NCBI GenBank assembly: GCA_965261965.1
Contig: OZ253489.1
Span: forward strand, 1,538,969-1,602,968
Source: Dehalococcoidia bacterium
Lineage (GTDB): Bacteria; Chloroflexota; Dehalococcoidia; Lucifugimonadales; JAGWBF01
Direction of reading: 5' to 3'
DNA length: 64,000 nucleotides
The position numbers were made by a program, and so were the translations under genes. Positions within the stretch are counted from its first letter, which is position 1. Each line of letters begins with the position of its first letter. Shown one piece after another: positions 58,231 to 64,000 of the stretch. The notes under the pieces are model-generated. The model had not been told where the DNA came from, searched no databases, and saw only the letters and a list, made by a program, of their open reading frames with translations.

Positions 58231-59087
58231 CGGGTGAAAAACAGGCTCTTAATCCAGGTTCGGGCAGTCACCAAGCATTTTTCCCTTGTGCTCAGCTTCA
58301 CCTTTTCACCAAAAATATCGAACCTTCTAGCTTCGATTTTGTCTAAAATGTGACGGTACACCTGACCAAGAACAGCTGGGCACCCCCTGGAGCGCGGGGA
58401 AAGGAGGGGCAGCAGCTTGAAGCCTTCGCGGAAATGATGGCGGGCCCGCTCCGCTTCAAAAGCCATCAGGTTGATGAAAGATACGTTTGTGTTGCCCGCT
58501 TCCAGATCGGCGACCGAATACCCGAAACGGTCCATTTCGTCCCGCGGAATGTAGACCCGGCCCAGGTCCAGATCTTCCTTTACATCCCTTAAGATGTTGG
58601 TCAACTGCATCGCCAAGCCCAGATCGACGGCATATTCTTTGGCTTTCTCGCTCGAATAGCCGAAGACCTGCAGGCAAACAAGCCCGACGACACAAGCAAC
58701 GTTGTAGCAGTAGGCGTGGAGCTCATCGAAGTCCTGATACCCGGTTTTGGTAAGGTCCATCTCCACGCCGGAGATTACGTGCTGGAAATACTGTTCAGGA
58801 ATATCGTAGGTGGATGCAGCATCCACAAGGGCCAGGTATACCGGGCCGCCGCTATGGCCGGCATAGGCCATAGAAAGGTCTGACCGCACATCCTGCAGGG
58901 TTTGTAGCTTGGCTTCCGGTGGGTTCTCTTCATCTGCCGCATCGTCGCAGATGCGACAGAAAGCATAAGCGGCGTAGATGGCTCGACGCTTTCGTGGTGG
59001 AAGGGTGATAAAGGCATAGTGGAAGTTCTTTGCTTCCCGCCGGGTGATTAGCCTGCATTCTTCGTAGGCTTCAGTCAGTTCGCTCAT
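58227..59087 (-). CDS. hpnD: Presqualene diphosphate synthase
   Basis: NFHYAF, YAFCRICDDAAD, GVEMDL, QLTNILRDVKED. Confidence 0.88.
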   Translation of the reverse strand: MSELTEAYEECRLITRREAKNFHYAFITLPPRKRRAIYAAYAFCRICDDAADEENPPEAKLQTLQDVRSDLSMAYAGHSGGPVYLALVDAASTYDIPEQYFQHVISGVEMDLTKTGYQDFDELHAYCYNVACVVGLVCLQVFGYSSEKAKEYAVDLGLAMQLTNILRDVKEDLDLGRVYIPRDEMDRFGYSVADLEAGNTNVSFINLMAFEAERARHHFREGFKLLPLLSPRSRGCPAVLGQVYRHILDKIEARRFDIFGEKVKLSTREKCLVTARTWIKSLFFTR

Positions 59088-59101
59088 TCCCCACCTTCAA
59101 A

Positions 59102-59456
59102 CCAACATCCTGACGGCCCATGCCCTGAGCTGGCAGATAGCCAGGAACTATCCAGTATATACACCCCGACGGCCAACATCCTGACGGCCCATGCCCTGAG
59201 CTGGCAGATAGCCAGGAACTATCCAGTATATGCACCCCGACGGTCAACATTCTGACGGCCCATGCCCTGAGCTGGCAGATAGCCAGGAACTATCCGGCGT
59301 ATGCACCCCGACGCCCAACATCCTGACGGCCCATGCCCTGAGCTGGCAGATAGCCAGGAACTATCCGGCGTACACACCCCGACGGCCAACATCCTGACGG
59401 CCCATGCCCTGAGCTGGCAGATAGCCAGGAACTATCCGGCGTATGCACCCCGACGC
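59102..59456. repeat. Five tandem 71-bp copies of the hpnC stop region
   Basis: Units start at 59102, 59173, 59244, 59315 and 59386; each carries the last hpnC codons and TAG on the minus strand. Confidence 0.95.
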
Positions 59457-60406
59457 CATCGCACCTTCGCCCATGTGGATAGAAACAGGCGGGCTTTCTT
59501 TGTTCGAGATAAAGCCGGCCTGCGGGATAATACATCGTAGCTCTGCTTCTTTATTGCATCCAGGACTGCTGCTCCCCCAGCAGTGAACAAAGCAACATCA
59601 ACCCGGGCATTTCCCTTCAAGGTATCCACCAAAGGAAGCCCCCTCTTGAACAGATCTTCGGCCCTTGCCACTTCAAAAGCCATCAGGTTCCGGAAGTCCT
59701 GGTTGACCACATCTTGTGACAGATCTGCTTCGGTGTAGTTGAACTTGTCCAGATCTTCCAAGGGGAAATAAATCCGGCCGATCCGGTAGTCGCAGGCTAC
59801 ATCCTGCCAGAAGTTGGCAAGCTGCAATGCTGTACAGGTGAAGTCTGACAGTCGCTGCCGATGCTGGTCGTTGTAGCCGAACAGATACAAAAACAGGCGC
59901 CCAACAGGGTTTGCCGAATGATCGCAGTAGAAGAGAAGGTCGTCGTAAGTGGCATACCGGTCAGACCTTTGTTCCATACGGTTAGCTTCTATCAGCTTCA
60001 AGAAAGGGTCCTTGGGTATGCTGAAGGTGCGAATGGTGTCTTGGAGAGCAACGAGGGCCGGGTGTGTGGGAACACCGGCATAGCACGCCTGCAGCTCCTC
60101 CTCCCACCAATCCAGTAGTCTCATGCGCCCGGCATGGTCCAAGCCTTGGATGGAAGGTTGTCCCTTTTGGGGCGTCCATCCTGCTTCAGCCAAGGATGCT
60201 GAAAGGCTTTCCGGCGGTTCATCACCAAGATCGTCGACCCAACGACAGTAGGAGTAGATGGCGTAGACATGTTTTCGGAGGGGTTTGGGGATGAGCAATG
60301 AGCCAACGGTGAAATTTTCATAATGGGATCCGGCCAACCGTTCGCAGTACCGGAAAGCTTCATTCAAGGAGATGGATGGTGCAGGGCCGGTCAGAACTTG
60401 GTCCAT
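59432..60406 (-). CDS. hpnC: Hydroxysqualene synthase
   Basis: HYENF, YCRWVDDLGDE, SANPVGRL, QLANFWQDV. ATG 60406 is preferred as the start. Confidence 0.9.
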   Translation of the reverse strand: MDQVLTGPAPSISLNEAFRYCERLAGSHYENFTVGSLLIPKPLRKHVYAIYSYCRWVDDLGDEPPESLSASLAEAGWTPQKGQPSIQGLDHAGRMRLLDWWEEELQACYAGVPTHPALVALQDTIRTFSIPKDPFLKLIEANRMEQRSDRYATYDDLLFYCDHSANPVGRLFLYLFGYNDQHRQRLSDFTCTALQLANFWQDVACDYRIGRIYFPLEDLDKFNYTEADLSQDVVNQDFRNLMAFEVARAEDLFKRGLPLVDTLKGNARVDVALFTAGGAAVLDAIKKQSYDVLSRRPALSRTKKARLFLSTWAKVRWRRGAYAG

Positions 60407-60414
60407 GTTCTTCG

Positions 60415-60858
60415 CTATTCTCCAAACACCTGGACCACCACTTCCCGCTGGCGAGGATGGTCCAGCTCTATGAAGAAAATACTCTGCCAACGTCCCACAT
60501 CCATAGCTCCTTGGACTATTGGGATGGTTTCGCTGGTGCCCAGCAATAGGTGTTGGCAATGAGCATGGCCGTTGGGGCATTCATCCTCATTCATGTTCAC
60601 AGTGCGTTCAGTGAAGTCGTTGTGGCGGTACGTGCCATTTCGGGGGGCCACACGTTCCAAAAGCTGCTTCATATCTTCAAGGAGAAGGGGTTCGTTTTCG
60701 TTTATCTTCACCGATGCGGTGGTATGTTTCGAGTAGACCACCGCGAACCCGGAAGTAACCTCAGTTTGGGCTACGCATTCCTGCACCCTCTGGGTGATGT
60801 CGATAAACTCCAGGTCTTCCTTGGTCTCCAGCTTCAGGCAGAACACTTGGGTTTTCAT
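60415..60858 (-). CDS. yjbQ: YjbQ (UPF0047) family protein
   Basis: SKHTTASVKINENEP, NGHAH, GRWQSIFFIELD. Its ATG lies within the IS target duplication. Confidence 0.9.
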   Translation of the reverse strand: MKTQVFCLKLETKEDLEFIDITQRVQECVAQTEVTSGFAVVYSKHTTASVKINENEPLLLEDMKQLLERVAPRNGTYRHNDFTERTVNMNEDECPNGHAHCQHLLLGTSETIPIVQGAMDVGRWQSIFFIELDHPRQREVVVQVFGE

Positions 60859-61034
60859 ATGGGAATTATATACAAAACTAGCCACGCTCCCCCTTTTGCT
60901 CCTGCTCCACGTCCTTGAGCGGACGCTGCTTCAGTAGCTCCTTGGCCAGGGTTTCCGGCGTCGTTTGCAAGTTGGGTAACTCCCGACGTGGACGGCCAGT
61001 CCTCGGCTTGTGCTCTTTCTTGGTCGCCATATAC

Positions 61035-61760
61035 TCACCCCTCATGCTTAGTCTGAGCCAGCCATACGTTCAGGTGCTTCCGCCATTCGTCAAAGTCGTA
61101 CCAGCCGCAGCCCGCACAACCCTTTGGGTCGCGTTTGTCGTCTGGTTCCCACGTAGATCCGCCCTCATAGAAGAACGTGATGCCAAACGGCTCTCCCCGT
61201 GTCCCATATCGGAAGCACCGTTCACACGCTCGACTCTTCAACTGATTGTGGCTTGCACTTCCATTCGACTTCTTCAGCAGTTGGAACGTGGCCTGAATAT
61301 CCTCATCGCTCATGGCCGTGTAGTCCGTCTGCGTGACCTTGGTATGGTCATTCCAGCGCATCATCGGGAGTTTGTGGTCTATGGTCAGTTGCCCTAGCGG
61401 ACGCTCAGTACCTTCCACGATGTCCCGCTTCCCCAGCACGTCATAGACGCGACGGGCAAAGGCAGATGCCATAGAGGGTGCTGGTACCGCAGACTCAAAG
61501 GTGCCATCCCATCTATCCTGCCTTGTGGTGCGCTCACACTGGTAGCAGAACTGGTTGGAACTTTGTATCCGCATTCCGGCTCGTGACCGGTTGCCGCGCT
61601 GCAAGCCTTGTATGCCAGACCCGCCCGCTATCTGGGTGATGCCAACGTGGGTGTACTGGCATTCGCGGCAATGCCACTGTTGGTCCTTCAACACCGAGTA
61701 GACCTGAAAGACCTTGGACTTCCGGTCAAAGACTTCCTCGAAGCCGTCGGGCGTGGTCAC
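61035..61760 (-). CDS. Putative HNH/zinc-finger endonuclease (restriction enzyme candidate)
   Basis: CREC, CYQC, LTIDHK, HNQLKSRACERC, CAGC; coupled to the MTase. Confidence 0.7.
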   Translation of the reverse strand: MTTPDGFEEVFDRKSKVFQVYSVLKDQQWHCRECQYTHVGITQIAGGSGIQGLQRGNRSRAGMRIQSSNQFCYQCERTTRQDRWDGTFESAVPAPSMASAFARRVYDVLGKRDIVEGTERPLGQLTIDHKLPMMRWNDHTKVTQTDYTAMSDEDIQATFQLLKKSNGSASHNQLKSRACERCFRYGTRGEPFGITFFYEGGSTWEPDDKRDPKGCAGCGWYDFDEWRKHLNVWLAQTKHEG

Positions 61761-62770
61761 GGTATCGCCCTCACAATGCGCTTGCAGGCCATGTGAAAGA
61801 TGGTGGGGTCGTTCTCATACACCAAGGCCCTTCTGCCAAGGCTGTGAGCCGCAATCAGCGTAGTCCCGCTTCCGGCGAACGGGTCCAGCACCACGTCGCC
61901 CGCATCGCTGAATAGTTGGACGAATTCCTGTATTAGGGGCAACGGCTTCTGCGTGGGGTGGATGCGCTGTTGCGGCGACGGCGACTTGCATTGAAAGACG
62001 TTGTGGACGACCTTCCCGTTGAACTTGGTGCCAGGACGCTTACCCACGACCAACGCCTCCCATGCGTTGATGGGCTTGTACTTGTGGTTGAATGGCACAG
62101 GGTTGGTTTTCTGCCAGACAAGCGTTCCCACGGCGGTGAACCTGTGTTCTCTAAGAATGTCCGTGTACTCCCCGATTTGCGCCTGAGCACAGAAGATGAC
62201 CGCCCACCCGCCAACCTTGGGCAACACTACGTCCGTCCATACCCTCGGTTCAACCGGTCCGTCCCAATTCCCAAAGTGACCCTTGGGCATGATGAAGTCG
62301 GCCCCGTTCTTGCGTAGCCGTCGCGGTACTTGATTCTCGCACGTGTAGGCGTTGCTGATGCCATAAGGCGGGTCGGTTAGCAGGAGAGCCACCGACCTGT
62401 TCGCCAACGCCTTGCTGCCTTCCACGCCGTCACCCAACCGGAACTCGTAGCCTTCGCCCGTCAGCACGTCGTACCCAGGGGGTAACGGCTCCTGTGTTCT
62501 CTCCAGCAGGCGGACTACGTTCGCTGAAATGATCCGGGCGGGCTGCGATTCCACCACAAAGGAGTCGCCGTGAACTACCAGCGTCCCTACGGTCACTGGC
62601 TCGCCGTCACCCACCTTGACGGTTAGTCCTATGTTCCATGCTTGGGCCGCTTCGTCATATTCAGGTGGTGCATGGATGATGACTCTCCGCTCTACAGGAA
62701 GGTGCTTGGACACCCAATCGTTCGCCGCAGCCTTGACTCGAATCTTCTCGTCCGTCGTGATGGTGCTCAT
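61757..62770 (-). CDS. N6-A/N4-C DNA methyltransferase, beta class, with an extra N-terminal domain
   Basis: TDPPY (motif IV) precedes HPTQKP and DPFAGSGTT (motif I). Confidence 0.93.
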   Translation of the reverse strand: MSTITTDEKIRVKAAANDWVSKHLPVERRVIIHAPPEYDEAAQAWNIGLTVKVGDGEPVTVGTLVVHGDSFVVESQPARIISANVVRLLERTQEPLPPGYDVLTGEGYEFRLGDGVEGSKALANRSVALLLTDPPYGISNAYTCENQVPRRLRKNGADFIMPKGHFGNWDGPVEPRVWTDVVLPKVGGWAVIFCAQAQIGEYTDILREHRFTAVGTLVWQKTNPVPFNHKYKPINAWEALVVGKRPGTKFNGKVVHNVFQCKSPSPQQRIHPTQKPLPLIQEFVQLFSDAGDVVLDPFAGSGTTLIAAHSLGRRALVYENDPTIFHMACKRIVRAIP

Positions 62771-63747
62771 ACTGTCATCTCCGGGTTGCGCGTCGATTCC
62801 GGCCCAATCAGGTCCGTGTAACGCAACCGCTTCCCCACCATGCCGCCCGCTACACGCTGCATCTGCTGCATCGTGTCCTGCGAACGCTGGTTGTGACGGC
62901 CCGCAAACTCCCAGATGTACCGGTCAAGGTGCTTGTGGCTGACGTGGTGGAAGTTGCCCATGATGCCCCGGTCCAGCATCGCCCAGAAGGACTCGATGCC
63001 GTTCGTGTTGGCCTGCTCCCGCACGTACTCCCCCGTCTTGTGCTGCACCGCCTCGTGATGCCGGGGCAGTCCAGTGTAGGCCGACGCTTCGTCCGTGTAG
63101 ACCTGCGCCGTCGGCATGGTAGCGTCCACTACCCGGCCCTGCAACGTCACTGCGTCCGCGCTTTCCACGACTCCCGCGACTACCTGGTTGGTGGCGCGGT
63201 CGAGGACGCCGTGCACGATGGACTTGCCCACGGAGCCGCGCCCCTGACGCCGCTTCTTGCTCCCGTGCTTGTTCTTCTCCACCCCGCCGATGGCTGTCTC
63301 GTCGGCCTCCACCGGACCCGCGAACTGCTCCACCACGCCGGGGAACGCTTTGCGGATGCGGTGCGCAAGGTGCCATGCCGTCTTGTACGTCACCGCTACG
63401 TCGCGGTGCAGCTTCATGCTGGACGTGCCCTTGATGCCCGTCGTCAGCAGGTAGACCGCAATCGCCCACACGCGGCAACCTAGCTTGCTGGACTGCATGA
63501 CCGTGCCATGCTTCACGGAGAAGTGCTTCCGGCAATCCTTGCAGCGGTAGGGCATGGGGTTGCGGTTGGCGATGTGGGCCACGCGCTCGGAGGCGCAGAA
63601 CGGGCAAACAGGCTCCCCGCCGTCCCAACGTACCGCCGTGAACCATTCCTCGGCGGTCTCGTCGTTGGGGAACATCTCCATCAGCCCCATGAGGCTGATA
63701 CCCTTGCGGAAGTGCTTGCCCGGTGCGTTGTTCGCCATGTTCATCAC
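62767..63747 (-). CDS. IS1595-family transposase
   Basis: CPFC..CKDC, HTH, VEADET, VYTDE, TNGIESFWAML, YIWEFAGRHN. Confidence 0.95.
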   Translation of the reverse strand: MMNMANNAPGKHFRKGISLMGLMEMFPNDETAEEWFTAVRWDGGEPVCPFCASERVAHIANRNPMPYRCKDCRKHFSVKHGTVMQSSKLGCRVWAIAVYLLTTGIKGTSSMKLHRDVAVTYKTAWHLAHRIRKAFPGVVEQFAGPVEADETAIGGVEKNKHGSKKRRQGRGSVGKSIVHGVLDRATNQVVAGVVESADAVTLQGRVVDATMPTAQVYTDEASAYTGLPRHHEAVQHKTGEYVREQANTNGIESFWAMLDRGIMGNFHHVSHKHLDRYIWEFAGRHNQRSQDTMQQMQRVAGGMVGKRLRYTDLIGPESTRNPEMTV

Positions 63748-63768
63748 CTACGTTTAAGCTATACATTT

Positions 63769-63796
63769 ATTATACGTAGACTAGCCAGATTGTCAA
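63769..63796 (-). promoter_or_regulatory. Consensus promoter TTGACA-16-TATAAT inside the IS end
   Basis: Both hexamers are perfect on the minus strand; -35 lies between CTAGCCA/TGGCTAG inverted repeats. Confidence 0.8.
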
Positions 63797-63833
63797 GGGG
63801 TTTGGCTAGGTTGGTATATAATTCCCTTTCATA

Positions 63834-64000
63834 TCACCCCTTTGGTTCCATGAGTTTCCCGCTCAGTGTTTGGTAACGGCCCAGAGCCATCAGCGGCCAG
63901 CAGTTCTGATAGCTATGATACTTGATCATAAAACTGGCCGGCATCTCCGATCCTTGGTATTCAGGATCACCGGGTTTGGGAAGGTTCCTCAGCCGCTGTC
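63834..64000 (-). CDS. shc: C-terminal fragment of squalene-hopene cyclase (gene continues beyond the window)
   Basis: Manual translation QRLRNLPKPGDPEYQGSEMPASFMIKYHSYQNCWPLMALGRYQTLSGKLMEPKG* matches the SHC F..xYH.Y...PL.ALGRY tail; upstream of hpnCDE. Confidence 0.85.
   Translation of the reverse strand, partial: QRLRNLPKPGDPEYQGSEMPASFMIKYHSYQNCWPLMALGRYQTLSGKLMEPKG

Larger units (their letters stand above)
60861..63826 (-). mobile_element. IS1595-family transporter IS carrying a methyltransferase and an HNH nuclease, 2966 bp
   Basis: 24-bp TIR GGGAATTATATAC(A/C)AA(A/C)CTAGCCA (22/24); perfect 8-bp TSD TTTCATAT at 60853-60860 and 63827-63834. Confidence 0.95.

Noticed and set aside
59432-60580. 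hpnC start at 60580
   Set aside because: It would overlap yjbQ by over 160 nt; ATG 60406 just precedes the HYENF region.

Overview
64 kb of bacterial chromosome, most likely from a Chloroflexota (Dehalococcoidia/SAR202-like) organism. This is inferred from gene content only: GreA with an N-terminal extension, a PAC2-family protein, an F420-dependent nitroreductase and many divergent catabolic paralogues. The backbone has nth, argC, tRNA-Glu, folB/folK/folP, gyrA, greA, a carboxyltransferase, alkA and transporters. A minus-strand hopanoid operon (shc at the window edge, yjbQ, hpnC, hpnD, hpnE) runs into a dehydrogenase/FGGY kinase/class II aldolase/SDR block. Mobile DNA includes IS1380 (one full copy plus the end of a second), an IS66 with TIRs and an 8-bp TSD, two IS1595 elements with passenger genes, IS66-derived miniature elements, six copies of a TIR-bounded MITE, several kb of REP/BIME-like arrays, and 212-bp x6 and 71-bp x5 tandem amplifications of gene 3' ends. 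The leading observations are: (1) a YccU-like CoA-binding protein with an in-frame UGA at the conserved Cys followed by a SECIS-like hairpin, a candidate selenoprotein; (2) a 2966-bp IS1595 with a coupled transposase-methyltransferase-HNH nuclease operon inserted at the yjbQ start codon; (3) a panD-methyltransferase-methyltransferase-hydrolase operon that could make a methylated beta-amino osmolyte. All calls come from reading the sequence; no searches or folding programs were run.
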